A stretch of 64,000 bases of DNA from Methanothrix sp. (GTDB lineage Archaea; Halobacteriota; Methanosarcinia; Methanotrichales; Methanotrichaceae). Below the pieces are notes generated by a model. That model saw only the letters and a list, made by a program, of their open reading frames with translations, was not told the DNA's origin and did no database searches. The stretch spans positions 1,280,001 through 1,344,000 of the forward strand of contig OY821645.1 in NCBI GenBank assembly GCA_963682135.1, written 5' to 3'. Each line of letters starts with the position of its first letter. Positions within the stretch are counted from its first letter, which is position 1. This document shows positions 19,923 to 30,649 of this stretch, in pieces. The position numbers and the translations under genes were made by a program.

Positions 19923-21728
19923 TCACTCCACAGTCACGCACTTGGCGAGGTTGCGAGGCTTGTCAATAGGCAGGCCGAGCTTGTTTGCCGTATAATAAGA
20001 GAGAAGCTGCACGGCCACGGTGCACAGCACTGCAGAGTAGATGGGCTGCGTCTGGGGCAGCTCAATTACATGGCTGGCCACCTTGGCAATATCCGGATCG
20101 CCTTCCGTAGCGAAGGCTATTACCTCAGCACCGCGCGCACTGACCTCTTTTATGTTGGACTGAATCTTTTTGCCGCAGGTAGCCAGAGCCACCACGGGCG
20201 TCTTTTCAGTAATTAACGCCAGCGGCCCGTGCTTAAGCTCGCCTCCGGCATAGCCCTCGGATGGTATATAGGCGATCTCTTTCATCTTTAAAGCCCCTTC
20301 CAGCGAGATGGGATAGAGATAGTCCCTGCCGATAAAGAAATAGCAGCTTGCGCCCACATATTGCTCAGCGATCTCTCTGATCTCCTCCCTCTTCTCGAGG
20401 ACCCTCTGCACCAGGCCGGGTAGTTTGGTCAGCTCAATCAGCATCTTTCTGGCCTGGTCGGGAGTAAGATGGCCGCGGGCTCTGCCCAGACGTACAGCCA
20501 GCAGAATGATGGCCACCAGCTGAGAGGTGAAGGTCTTGGTTGCGGCCACGCCGATCTCCGGGCCGCAGCGAGTGTAGATGGTGCCGTCCACAAGCTCGGC
20601 CACCGTTGAGCCCAAGACATTGGTGATGGCCAGGCTGCGTCCACCGCAGGTCTTGGCCTTCTTCAAAGCGAGCAGAGTATCTGCGGTCTCTCCGGACTGG
20701 GTGATGCCCAGGAGCAGAGTCTTGGGCCGCACCTGAAGATTCAAAAACTCGGATGCCACCTCTACATCAACCGGCAGACCGGCCACACGGGCAAAGAGGT
20801 TCTTGGCCAGCATTCCGGCGTGGTAGGATGTGCCGCAGGCGATGATAGTTGCTCTTTCCAGGCCTTTTGTCTCCTCATCGCTTATACCCAGCTTGAGCCG
20901 CACATCCCCCTCGATCTCCGAGATCCGGCCCGCGATGGTCTCGCGAATGGCCCGCGGCTGCTCATGAATCTCTTTGAGCATGAAATGCGCATAGCCACCC
21001 TTCTCTGCAGCATCGGCACCCCAGTTAATGCGCTCGACCTGCACCTGGCGGGGTCGGCCCTCTTTATCACTTATCTCAACTCGGTCCGCAAAGATCCGAG
21101 CGATCTCGCCGTCTCTCATGCGGATGACGTCTTTAGTATAGGGAAGGAGAGCAGGAACATCAGATGCCACATAGATTGCAGCATTGCCTTTGCCCAGCAC
21201 CAGAGGACTGTCCTTTCTGGCACAGACCAGATAGGGTGAACTGGCTGCGAGCACTGCCACGGCATATGAGCCTTCCACATGCTCCAAAGCCTCTTGAACG
21301 GCTGAGTAAAGATCGCCCTTATAATGAGAATGAATGAGATGCGCCAGAGCCTCGCTATCTGTCTCGGAAGTAAATACATAGCCCGATTCAGTAAGCATCT
21401 CTCTTAGCTCCAGGTAGTTTTCAATAATGCCGTTATGAACTATGGCGATCTCCCCGGAAGTGTGTGGATGCGCATTCTGATCGCTTGGCCTCCCGTGAGT
21501 TGCCCAGCGTGTATGGCCGATGCCCATGCACTCTCCCGGACAGCCTCTGGATTGGTAGACCTTTTCCAGATCCACGATTCGACCGGCTGACTTTAAGACC
21601 TCAATTTCTCCCCCAGACTTGAAGGCCACACCAACCGAATCATAACCTCTGTACTCCAGCCGTTTCAGAGTATCAAAAAGGATCGGCCCTGCCAACTGGT
21701 CGCCTATATAAGCCACAATTCCGCACAT
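19923..21728 (-). CDS. glmS: Glutamine-fructose-6-phosphate transaminase
   Basis: MCGI, LEYRGYDS, GHTRWATHG, SGETADT-type motif, ELKHG, DKPRNLAK. Confidence 0.97.
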   Translation of the reverse strand: MCGIVAYIGDQLAGPILFDTLKRLEYRGYDSVGVAFKSGGEIEVLKSAGRIVDLEKVYQSRGCPGECMGIGHTRWATHGRPSDQNAHPHTSGEIAIVHNGIIENYLELREMLTESGYVFTSETDSEALAHLIHSHYKGDLYSAVQEALEHVEGSYAVAVLAASSPYLVCARKDSPLVLGKGNAAIYVASDVPALLPYTKDVIRMRDGEIARIFADRVEISDKEGRPRQVQVERINWGADAAEKGGYAHFMLKEIHEQPRAIRETIAGRISEIEGDVRLKLGISDEETKGLERATIIACGTSYHAGMLAKNLFARVAGLPVDVEVASEFLNLQVRPKTLLLGITQSGETADTLLALKKAKTCGGRSLAITNVLGSTVAELVDGTIYTRCGPEIGVAATKTFTSQLVAIILLAVRLGRARGHLTPDQARKMLIELTKLPGLVQRVLEKREEIREIAEQYVGASCYFFIGRDYLYPISLEGALKMKEIAYIPSEGYAGGELKHGPLALITEKTPVVALATCGKKIQSNIKEVSARGAEVIAFATEGDPDIAKVASHVIELPQTQPIYSAVLCTVAVQLLSYYTANKLGLPIDKPRNLAKCVTVE

Positions 21729-22936
21729 CAGCTAATCACCCTGCTCTCCCTCTCAATCCAGCCGCGAATTGATGCTCCCGAGCCTATGCGCGCACCAGTT
21801 CCCACAACCGTTCCCGGGCTGACCAGAACTCTGCTTCCCAGGGTTACATCATCGGCAAATATCGCTCCGAACTCCGTCCTCTCAAAGGCATCTTCCAAAT
21901 CTACTACCGATGGGCCCGTCTCGATGACCAGTTGGTCGCCCAAAGTGCAGCTTGCTCCGATTACCGAATCGGAAATAATAGCAGCCGTGCCGATCCGGGA
22001 ATCATTCATGATTATGCTGTTTCTCACCTCAGAATGTGAACCAATCCTTACAGAGTCGCCTATGGAAGTGGACGGCAGAATTGTGACAGACGGGCCGATA
22101 TCGCAGTCCTCGCCGATACAGACCGGGCCCACCAGATAAGATCCGGAGCGGACAATACTGCCCCTACCTACTTCCACCGGGCCTTTGATTATTGCGCCCT
22201 CTTCCACCTCCCCCGAGATTGTTGTATCCTTCATACTCAGAGCAAGGTTATTGGCATTAAGAAGATCCCAGGCAAATACGGCATCGGACCAGATGCCTTT
22301 AGTGATCTGGGGCACAACCTCTCTTCCCTCTGCAATCATCTGAGACAGAGTCTGGGTCAGCTCATAAGACCCCCTCTCAGATATAGGTGTATGACGAAGA
22401 TCGTCAAAGATGGCCGGGCTGAATTTGTAGGCTCCCGTATTGAGAATTCCGGAACAGGGCCTCCCAGGCTTCTCAATTATTGCCTTTACCCTCTCCTGTT
22501 CTACCATTAAGACACCATAGTCCCCGGAATGACGACGAAGAGCTGCCAATATCACGTTCTCTCCTTTGGCCGCAATCAGTTCCTTGACTGCTCTCGCATC
22601 TATAAGATTGTCCCCGTTGACCACGAGAAATTCCTCATTTACATAGCTTTCAGCTTTGCGCAGGGCATGGGCCGTTCCCAAAAGCTCATTTTGTTCGAGG
22701 TAAGTGATCTTTACGCCAAAATCAAGACCATCCTCAAAATAGTCCATAACTCTTTCTTTCTGATAGCCCACTACTATGTAAAGATCTCGAATGTCGTTTG
22801 CAGCCAGAGCCGAAATGACATGCTCCATGAAAGGGCGGTTTCCCACGGGAAGCATAACCTTGGATCTGGTCTGGGTAAGCGGCCTGCATCTGCGGCCTTC
22901 TCCCGCCGCCAATATGACTCCCTTCAAATCTATCAC
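21728..22936 (-). CDS. Second GlmU-like sugar-phosphate nucleotidyltransferase
   Basis: ILAAGEGRRCRPLT..SK, LGTAHA, hexapeptide repeats; coupled to glmS. Confidence 0.85.
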   Translation of the reverse strand: MIDLKGVILAAGEGRRCRPLTQTRSKVMLPVGNRPFMEHVISALAANDIRDLYIVVGYQKERVMDYFEDGLDFGVKITYLEQNELLGTAHALRKAESYVNEEFLVVNGDNLIDARAVKELIAAKGENVILAALRRHSGDYGVLMVEQERVKAIIEKPGRPCSGILNTGAYKFSPAIFDDLRHTPISERGSYELTQTLSQMIAEGREVVPQITKGIWSDAVFAWDLLNANNLALSMKDTTISGEVEEGAIIKGPVEVGRGSIVRSGSYLVGPVCIGEDCDIGPSVTILPSTSIGDSVRIGSHSEVRNSIIMNDSRIGTAAIISDSVIGASCTLGDQLVIETGPSVVDLEDAFERTEFGAIFADDVTLGSRVLVSPGTVVGTGARIGSGASIRGWIERESRVIS

Positions 22937-23051
22937 ATTCCGGATATCTATAACTCATTTATGTTGCTCAGCCCGGCTTTAGATCTTTTCGGTCAAATAT
23001 TCATATATACATGCAGAGATCAAGAGGTGCTTTACGAGGAAGACAGGACAA

Positions 23052-24188
23052 ATGAAAATACTTGTAATACCCACTACGGATTGGATCAGGCATCCTGTTC
23101 CCAATCGGCTCAATTTCATCTTTGACAATCTGGCCGAGGAGCATGATGTGTATGTGCTGCATTTCGGCCTGTTGAGGTTTTCAAAGCTGCAGGCAAGGGA
23201 AACAAAATGCAAGCTGGTAGCGGCAAGCTGGATAAATGCGGAGGACCCTTCACTATATTACCTCCTAAACTTCCCATATCACTTATGGAAGATCAGAAAT
23301 ATTGTGAAGAAGCTGGACATAGATGTAATCCTGTCCACCAATATCTTGCCATCCTTTGCTGCAAACTTCGCGCACTCGCCCGTCGTATTCGACTACCTGG
23401 ATCATCTTGAAGAATCGGCATCGATTTACTATCCCGGATCGGCCCTTGGAGAGATCGTCAAGCAGGTGGTAAGCCTCATCACCAGATACAACCTGCGCAC
23501 GGCACGCTGTGTCATTACAGTAACCAAAGAGCTTTCCGCTTTTCTGCATGACCTGGGTGTAAAAGACCTAACTGTGATTCCCAATGGCGTGGACACAAAG
23601 CTCCTTCGGCCACTCTCCATGCAGGAGGCCAAGAAATCTCTGGGCCTGACGGGCGTGGTCCTGGGCTATGTGGGATCGCTCGAACACTGGGTGGATCTGG
23701 AGACTGTAGTGTCGGCTCTACCGCAGATCGATGCCACGTTGCTGGTTGTAGGGCCGGGGCTTTTTACCGATTATGGGGACGAGATTAAGAAGATGGCTAG
23801 GGACCATGGCATTCTGGATAGAATCGTCTTCACGGGCGCTGTGGAGTATGCCAGGCTCTCCCGCTATATCTCTGCCATGGACATCGGCCTTAACCCACTG
23901 AAGATGATGAAGAAGAACGAGTACGCTGCCGGAGGAAAGGTCTTCAATTATCTGGCCTGCGGCAGGCCGGTGCTCTCCAGCCGCATGATATCTCTGGAGA
24001 AGCTGCTGGGCGATGAGATTTACTACTACGATGATGTAGAGAGCTTCATCATGCAAGTCGAGAAGATCCTGTCAGATGGTGGCGACGAGTTGAGATACAG
24101 GTCCCTGGCCGAGAAATATGACTGGAGAGAGATAGCCCAGAGTTACGAAAAGGTTCTGCAAAAGGCTTCGCAGCTCGACTCAAAATGA
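23052..24188 (+). CDS. Glycosyltransferase family 4
   Basis: VIPNGVD, GYVGSL, KVFNYLACGRPV. Confidence 0.88.
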   Translation: MKILVIPTTDWIRHPVPNRLNFIFDNLAEEHDVYVLHFGLLRFSKLQARETKCKLVAASWINAEDPSLYYLLNFPYHLWKIRNIVKKLDIDVILSTNILPSFAANFAHSPVVFDYLDHLEESASIYYPGSALGEIVKQVVSLITRYNLRTARCVITVTKELSAFLHDLGVKDLTVIPNGVDTKLLRPLSMQEAKKSLGLTGVVLGYVGSLEHWVDLETVVSALPQIDATLLVVGPGLFTDYGDEIKKMARDHGILDRIVFTGAVEYARLSRYISAMDIGLNPLKMMKKNEYAAGGKVFNYLACGRPVLSSRMISLEKLLGDEIYYYDDVESFIMQVEKILSDGGDELRYRSLAEKYDWREIAQSYEKVLQKASQLDSK

Positions 24189-25153
24189 AGATCGCATTTA
24201 TATATTACGATTTTTCGTCCTTCGTTAAACAGGACTATGAGATACTTTCCAAGCATTTTGACGTGGAAAAGGTCAGCTACAGAAGGCCCAAAGACGTATT
24301 CAAGATAGCAAGAGCCATATTCAATTCAGATCTAACCTATTCCTGGTTCGCCTCAGGACATTCGTTTATTGCCGTGCTCATATCAAAAATGTTGAACAGA
24401 CGATCCATAGTTGTGGCGGGCGGCTATGATGTGGCAAACGTGCCAGAGATCAATTATGGGCAATATACCCTTGGTAAAGATAAAAGACTGTATGCAGACT
24501 ACGTCCTGAAGAATGCGGATATCATCCTGGCAGTATCGAAGTTCACAGAGGGAGAAGTCCTTGCCAGGACAAAGCCCCGCATGGTAAAAGTCATCTACAA
24601 CGGGATTAACACCGATAAGTTCGTGCCGGGAAGCGAGAAGAAAAATCTGGTGATAACTGTAGCTTCAGGGACAAAAAATGTAATTAAACTCAAAGGCATA
24701 GACACCTTCGCCAAAGCAGCTGAGCATATTCCGGGCACCAGATTTAGGGTATTGGGACTGTCCGACAGAGACCGGAAGATACTGGAAGGAAAATACCCCT
24801 CGCCAAATCTGGATCTTTGCGGACATATGTCTCAGAAGGATTTGATAAAATGCTACCAGAAAGCACGAGTTTATTGCCAGTTGTCATATCGTGAGTCCTT
24901 TGGGGTTGCCCTTGCCGAGGCGATGTCTTGCGAGTGTGTCCCCGTGGTTACGGAAAGGGCCGCTCTGCCGGAAGTTGTGGGAAATACGGGCATTTATGTG
25001 CCCTATGATGATGAAAAGGCAACTGCAAAAGGAATAGGAGAAGCCCTCAGCTCGGATAAGGGGAAAAAAGCCCGCGAGAGGGTGGAAAGTGACTTTTCTG
25101 TGAAGAAAAGAGAGACCGAGCTGGTAAAGGCGATCAGGATGATAGCTAAATGA
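24185..25153 (+). CDS. Glycosyltransferase family 4
   Basis: IYNGI, KGID, ESFGVALAEAM. Confidence 0.9.
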   Translation: MKIAFIYYDFSSFVKQDYEILSKHFDVEKVSYRRPKDVFKIARAIFNSDLTYSWFASGHSFIAVLISKMLNRRSIVVAGGYDVANVPEINYGQYTLGKDKRLYADYVLKNADIILAVSKFTEGEVLARTKPRMVKVIYNGINTDKFVPGSEKKNLVITVASGTKNVIKLKGIDTFAKAAEHIPGTRFRVLGLSDRDRKILEGKYPSPNLDLCGHMSQKDLIKCYQKARVYCQLSYRESFGVALAEAMSCECVPVVTERAALPEVVGNTGIYVPYDDEKATAKGIGEALSSDKGKKARERVESDFSVKKRETELVKAIRMIAK

Positions 25154-25166
25154 TTTGCAGGGATAG

Positions 25167-26288
25167 TCACGCATCAAAGGACTTATCGAGAAAGCTCTCG
25201 ATATCAGAAAAGGATTTACTCCAGTTGAATTGAATGGCCAGCCGATAATTAGATTCGCCGAAGCTGCGCCTGAGTTCAGGGGATTCTATCAGCGTTTTTA
25301 TCGATTCGGCAAGCTTTTCTGAGTCTTTGACAGGTACCAGGATGCCATTTTCTCCGTCTTTGACAAGAAAAGGTATTGCTCCGGCATTGGTTGCTACTAT
25401 TGGCAGACGGTTATACATAGCCTCTATCAAGACCATACCGAAACCTTCCCAAAGAGACGGAAAGACGAAGATGTCCGCCATTGCATAAAGCTTCTCCAGC
25501 TCATCAGAGGCAACCCGACCGTGAATGCGGACTTTATCCCCAATTCCTGCAGATTCACAACTATGTGAAATCTCACGAAAAAAAATCGGGTCACGGGTTG
25601 TATCGCCAACCAGGTCCAATATCAGGTTAGGAATGCCATAGTCAATAACCAGAATCCGGAAGGAGTCGATAAGCGTGTCCACACCCTTTCGAGTGGTAAT
25701 GTATCCCACAAAAAGCAGATGCAAATTCTCTTTATCCTTGGCTCTCTCACCAGACATTCTGGAGGAAGAGACGTTCAAGCCGGGATAGGCCACAACCATA
25801 TCCATGGAATGGCACATGAGGTTTTCCACGGAGTGTCTCGTAAATTCGCTGATGACAATAATTCCGTTTGCGCAGTTGAGGAATATGCGCTCTTCATAAA
25901 GCTTGAGCCACTTATTCAATCGCCCTTTCGCCAGGGGTGCGTAAAGGTGAGTGACGATTGGTATCACACGGACTTCTTTGCCCAGAAGCTGCCTTGTAAG
26001 CAGGGTCATCAAATTAAAAAGGAATAGGTCGGAGCTGGTAGAAATGTCCTCTATGATTATCGTTCTGCCTTCGAGCCGCCAGAGCAATTTCAATAAAGAC
26101 AGATTTTGTTTCAAGGAATTCAAGAAGAACTGAAGCCTAGTATTGTGAGGTTTGGTTTGCCAGGTGATATTTTCCACTGTAGAGTACCTGGATCTCAGAT
26201 AATCGTATAACCTGCGATTATAGATCTCTCCACCAGTAACAGGGCTCTGGCAAATGGGCATCATCATCAGGATTTTGCAGTTAATCAT
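25167..26288 (-). CDS. Glycosyltransferase family 4
   Basis: RKGV, EGFGMVLIEAM, DGENG. Confidence 0.9.
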   Translation of the reverse strand: MINCKILMMMPICQSPVTGGEIYNRRLYDYLRSRYSTVENITWQTKPHNTRLQFFLNSLKQNLSLLKLLWRLEGRTIIIEDISTSSDLFLFNLMTLLTRQLLGKEVRVIPIVTHLYAPLAKGRLNKWLKLYEERIFLNCANGIIVISEFTRHSVENLMCHSMDMVVAYPGLNVSSSRMSGERAKDKENLHLLFVGYITTRKGVDTLIDSFRILVIDYGIPNLILDLVGDTTRDPIFFREISHSCESAGIGDKVRIHGRVASDELEKLYAMADIFVFPSLWEGFGMVLIEAMYNRLPIVATNAGAIPFLVKDGENGILVPVKDSEKLAESIKTLIESPELRRSFGESNYRLAIQFNWSKSFSDIESFLDKSFDA

Positions 26289-26294
26289 CGCTCA

Positions 26295-27359
26295 TCATCT
26301 CGATGCAGATTTTGCCATTGGTTTTAACTGCTTTTTCGGAATAATGCCATGCAAAACTCCCTTCAAGAATGATGATAAATTCGCAAATTCCCCTCGATAA
26401 ATGTATCCTGCAATGGTTGCCCAAAACTGTAATAAACAAAAATAGCAGAGAAAAGAGACAAGCTCCTCTTTTGTGGCATGACTTTTCACAAACCAGAGCC
26501 GGTTCCTTGTCTTATAGTATGTTACCATTCCGCGGGGCTTCGACGTGGAGACCTTATGCCATATGCCAGTGGTTGGAACAATTATGCAACCAAAACCTGC
26601 TTCGAATCCCCTCCGGCATAGATCGGTCTCTTCCCAATAGAGAAAATAGCTTGTATCTAGAAGACCTATTTTCTCCAATGCGGTTCTTCTTACTAATAAG
26701 CACGATCCTTCAAGACTATCCACCCTTGCGATGGAATGATACTGGCCCCGGTCGACCTCTTCCGAGCCAATGCGTCGATAGCTACCTCGGTTCATGATGA
26801 GATTTACGCCCGCCACGCTGATAAGATCAGTCCGGCCATTGCTATCATATTTATAAATGATTGGCCCAGCAAAACCAATACGCTCATCGCTGTCCATGGC
26901 GTTTACGAGTTTATCTAGAAGGTCACTCTTGACCACGGTATCATTGTTTAACAGCAAGATATATTCAGGGTTTTGGGATTTTAGTGCATATCTTATCCCA
27001 ATATTATTTCCCTCGGCGAAACCGTAGTTCTTATCGTTTCTTATAATTACTATCTTTCTGCGAGAAGGCAGATTGGCAATTTCATTCTCTCTGCCGCCTC
27101 CAGACGTGACATCATTATTTGTATACTCCAATATCTTTACCGGCTTATTCTCGGATGTATATTCGAAGTATTTGGATGCGATTGGTCTTTTTCCACCCAG
27201 ATAAGCTTTTATCTCTTCCAGAGAACAATTCACAGAACCGTTATCTATTAATATTATATGATAATTATCGTAATTGATTTGGTATAATGATTCTAAGCAC
27301 TCAATGGTATCCTGCCAGCCATTCCAGTTTAGAATTATGATAGAGACTCTTGGATTCAT
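26295..27359 (-). CDS. Glycosyltransferase family 2 (rhamnosyltransferase-like)
   Basis: IIILNWNG, NYGFAEGNN, LLNND, YWEETD. Confidence 0.9.
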   Translation of the reverse strand: MNPRVSIIILNWNGWQDTIECLESLYQINYDNYHIILIDNGSVNCSLEEIKAYLGGKRPIASKYFEYTSENKPVKILEYTNNDVTSGGGRENEIANLPSRRKIVIIRNDKNYGFAEGNNIGIRYALKSQNPEYILLLNNDTVVKSDLLDKLVNAMDSDERIGFAGPIIYKYDSNGRTDLISVAGVNLIMNRGSYRRIGSEEVDRGQYHSIARVDSLEGSCLLVRRTALEKIGLLDTSYFLYWEETDLCRRGFEAGFGCIIVPTTGIWHKVSTSKPRGMVTYYKTRNRLWFVKSHATKEELVSFLCYFCLLQFWATIAGYIYRGEFANLSSFLKGVLHGIIPKKQLKPMAKSASR

Positions 27360-27461
27360 ATGATTAAAATCACCAATTGATTGCCAATTCGCGCCATGTC
27401 GGTGTCCCACTATTTAGAATTAGCGGACAAAGGTACTGCCTACCATCCCTGCTATCACGGT

Positions 27462-28658
27462 TCATTGCATTTTTATAGAATATTGCATATGCTGAATTAG
27501 TCTTTGAACAGCATATTCACATGTCCAAAAGTTCGCGACTATTTCTATGGCCTTGCCACTCATATACTGATACTTTTCTTTATCCAAAAGAAGCTCGGTT
27601 ATTGCATCAGCAAATTTTTGCTCATCTCTGTCAGTAAGCAGGCCGCTTTCATTGTGAACCACGCTCTCCCTTACTCCGCCTTCTCTAACGGCGACAACTG
27701 GTGTTCCACAAGCCATAGCTTCCAATGGTACAAGGCCGAATGGCTCGAGAAATGGCGCATATACACATAATTGAGCCTTATTGTAAAGCCTGGTAAGCTC
27801 CAAATCATCAATGAGGATTTTAATCTCGAGATTTACCCCCATTTCAACCGCTAATCTTTCAAGGTAGTCCCTGTATGCAGCCCTAGCGACATTACCTACA
27901 ATAATGAGAGCCGGGCGAATTGCTTTGTCAACCAACCCCAACGCCCTGATAATGAAATCAAATCCTTTCTCTGGAGCCATGGAACCAACCGATAAAACAT
28001 ATGGCTCTCGGTCCATATTTAAGGGCTTGAATAGCTGCGTGTCCACCCCTAAATAGGATACAAAAGAATTCTTGCCATATGCTCTGAGAATTGCTTCACT
28101 CGAAAAGCTCGAATTCGAGAGGATCATCTTAGCATGGGATGCGTTCTCCCTATCAATAGCATCAAGTCTCGGAATGCAATATTCTGTCCAAACCTTTTCC
28201 AGCAAATTTGTCTCGATTTTATCTCCGAGGATTTTTAATATAGCTTCATTAGACCGACGAGGTTGTTGGCAATAATATACATATGGCAGGATAAGATATT
28301 TGAGAATAAATGGCGACATCGTATACCGATCTTGCTCTACAAACACAATATCATATTCACCTCTATTGATAATATCAGCTAACCTCTTTTGTGCCTCTTC
28401 TTGGTCAGCTAATGATAAGAATCCTCTGGGAAACAAATACTTAATCGCGGACTTTGCCAAGCTAAAAGGCGTGGTATGAAGAGGCATCACGGTTACACTA
28501 TTGGCAAATTGTCGTAGCGGCAAGAAATCCTCGTTCGCCGTTGATGGGACAAAGACATCGATGGAGCATCCTGCTCTACGCAAATACTTGACAGTCCCCC
28601 ACAAAGCCCTTTTTGCGCCACCAGAGGGTAGGTTATGAAAAATAGCGACTCTCATCAT
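27462..28658 (-). CDS. Glycosyltransferase family 4
   Basis: SGGAKR, EKG, EPFGLVPLEAMACGTPV. Confidence 0.9.
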   Translation of the reverse strand: MMRVAIFHNLPSGGAKRALWGTVKYLRRAGCSIDVFVPSTANEDFLPLRQFANSVTVMPLHTTPFSLAKSAIKYLFPRGFLSLADQEEAQKRLADIINRGEYDIVFVEQDRYTMSPFILKYLILPYVYYCQQPRRSNEAILKILGDKIETNLLEKVWTEYCIPRLDAIDRENASHAKMILSNSSFSSEAILRAYGKNSFVSYLGVDTQLFKPLNMDREPYVLSVGSMAPEKGFDFIIRALGLVDKAIRPALIIVGNVARAAYRDYLERLAVEMGVNLEIKILIDDLELTRLYNKAQLCVYAPFLEPFGLVPLEAMACGTPVVAVREGGVRESVVHNESGLLTDRDEQKFADAITELLLDKEKYQYMSGKAIEIVANFWTCEYAVQRLIQHMQYSIKMQ

Positions 28659-28675
28659 TTATGATCTAGTCCTCC

Positions 28676-30142
28676 TCAAGTCTCCTTCCTGTTGCCATGT
28701 GCCTTCACTCCATTAATTAGCTGCCTTGCCATCTGAATATCGATCTTATCCGTCACGCCCGTGAGGACGATTATGATAAGATAGACAATTGCGGCCATTA
28801 GTATCAGGAGCAATAGAGGAATCCCACTGAACAGTTTGATGAATAATGCCATCATAAAGCATGCAAATAGGACCTTAGATAAGTGAAGGATCATAACCCT
28901 GGGAAACGAATAACCTTCCAAGGAAGCGAAATACAACAAAAAGCAAAAGGCAAAAGCCTGCGTAGCTACGGTTGCCGCGCTTGCGCCTACATAACTGTAT
29001 TTTGGTATCAAGACAAGATTCAAGATTATATTCAATGCCGTGGCAAGAATGGTCTGTTTTGCAACTATCCCCTGCCGGTTAATGGAGTTAAAGAGATTGC
29101 CAAACACAGCATTTAAGAAGATCAAGACTTCGGACCATATTAAGATCTGGAGCGCAATAGTAGAAGGCGCAAAGTCCGACCCATATATCAAGAGGATTAA
29201 TTGATTACCTAATAGAGTAGTTCCCACGCCGATAGGAATGGCTATTATCATCAGATACTTGAAGGACCGCTCAAATATAAAACCAAGATATTTATCAGAA
29301 GTGACATAAAAGTTGGACATGATAGGATATATCGATCCCAAAAAGGTTACGGGAATAAAGGCTAAGACCAAAACCATGCGATAAGCTGCATTGTACCATC
29401 CCATAGCCTCATTGGGATTTGAGATCATTAGAGAAATCATAACAGTATCTATATAATAATATACTCTCACAAATACCAATGATAGGCCAAATGGTATGGC
29501 CTCCTTTACAATATATTTCCAGAGCGCAAAATCGATATCCCATTTCGGTAGTGGGATCTTCCTTAAGGCTACCACCGCATAATAACCTAGAAAAATTAAG
29601 CTTGAGATCAGGTAAACGTATGAAAACCCATAGACATCCATGGCAGAATGGATCGCTAGCAAAGCCAAAATCAGCATGGTTAAATTATAGATTATACTCC
29701 CCAATGAGAGATATTCCATCACTTCATACGCCTGCAGAATTGAACTGATGATACCGGAAAAGGAGACGATGATGAGTGAGAGTGATATTACAAGCACTAT
29801 TTGCATGGTAGATGATGGATAGTTCAAGGCAAAGCCAATGGCAGCCGTGCTCACAAGGGTTACTGCAGCCAAGATAATTTTTAGAAATAAAGAATTTGCA
29901 AGATATTTCTGTGTTCGGGCTTTATCTCGGGCAACATCTCTGATGATCACAGATGCTATGCCGATATCTGCCAGAAAGAGAGTAATGGAAGCAAAAGCAA
30001 TCGCAAATGATAATATGCCGTACTTTTCCGAGCCGAGATAGCGAGTGGTATACATTAAAAAAAAGAAACTTAACACGAAGCCAATGACGTTTGAGATCAA
30101 CAAAAAAAAGGTATTCTTGGCAATCCTCTGGATGGTATTCAC
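28676..30142 (-). CDS. Wzx-type oligosaccharide flippase
   Basis: Many TM helices, RYLG..YG, IDTVMI, GWYNAA, LIPKYSYVGA. Confidence 0.9.
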   Translation of the reverse strand: MNTIQRIAKNTFFLLISNVIGFVLSFFFLMYTTRYLGSEKYGILSFAIAFASITLFLADIGIASVIIRDVARDKARTQKYLANSLFLKIILAAVTLVSTAAIGFALNYPSSTMQIVLVISLSLIIVSFSGIISSILQAYEVMEYLSLGSIIYNLTMLILALLAIHSAMDVYGFSYVYLISSLIFLGYYAVVALRKIPLPKWDIDFALWKYIVKEAIPFGLSLVFVRVYYYIDTVMISLMISNPNEAMGWYNAAYRMVLVLAFIPVTFLGSIYPIMSNFYVTSDKYLGFIFERSFKYLMIIAIPIGVGTTLLGNQLILLIYGSDFAPSTIALQILIWSEVLIFLNAVFGNLFNSINRQGIVAKQTILATALNIILNLVLIPKYSYVGASAATVATQAFAFCFLLYFASLEGYSFPRVMILHLSKVLFACFMMALFIKLFSGIPLLLLILMAAIVYLIIIVLTGVTDKIDIQMARQLINGVKAHGNRKET

Positions 30143-30148
30143 TAGAGA

Positions 30149-30649
30149 TCACTTAAAGGCCGGTCCAAACCAGTCCCAGGGCTTACCACAACGATCGTCC
30201 TTGCGGCCATTAATCGTGGCAGGAATAATTGCCGAATCGTCCCATGGCCGCCTGATCTCATCCGGACTCGAATAATCATACAGCCGGTTCACGAAATAGA
30301 CCAGTGTAGCAGGCTCATTACCCACGACCCGAAATCCATGCCAGTAGTGCCCTGGCATCCTGACGATCTGAGGATTGTCCCCCGTAGATATGATCTCGTC
30401 CAGCTCCCCTGTTTCATCATCATAGGCACAGATCTTCAGCGCTCCGCGCACGGCCAGGAAATGATCGACCTGTCCTCGTTCGTGCCGATGCCATGCTCGC
30501 ACCATTCCCGGATAGCTTACGGACATATTGGCCTGAACGATTTCGTCCTGGATCACATCCTTCCAGTCCGCTCTCATAATCTCTGTAAAGAATCCACGCT
30601 CGTCCGCAAATCGCCTTAAAGGCTTTATCCCAATTCCTGGCAACATCAT
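30149..30649 (-). CDS. rmlC: dTDP-4-dehydrorhamnose 3,5-epimerase
   Basis: DERGFFTE, VRAWHRH, WHGF. Confidence 0.9.
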   Translation of the reverse strand: MMLPGIGIKPLRRFADERGFFTEIMRADWKDVIQDEIVQANMSVSYPGMVRAWHRHERGQVDHFLAVRGALKICAYDDETGELDEIISTGDNPQIVRMPGHYWHGFRVVGNEPATLVYFVNRLYDYSSPDEIRRPWDDSAIIPATINGRKDDRCGKPWDWFGPAFK

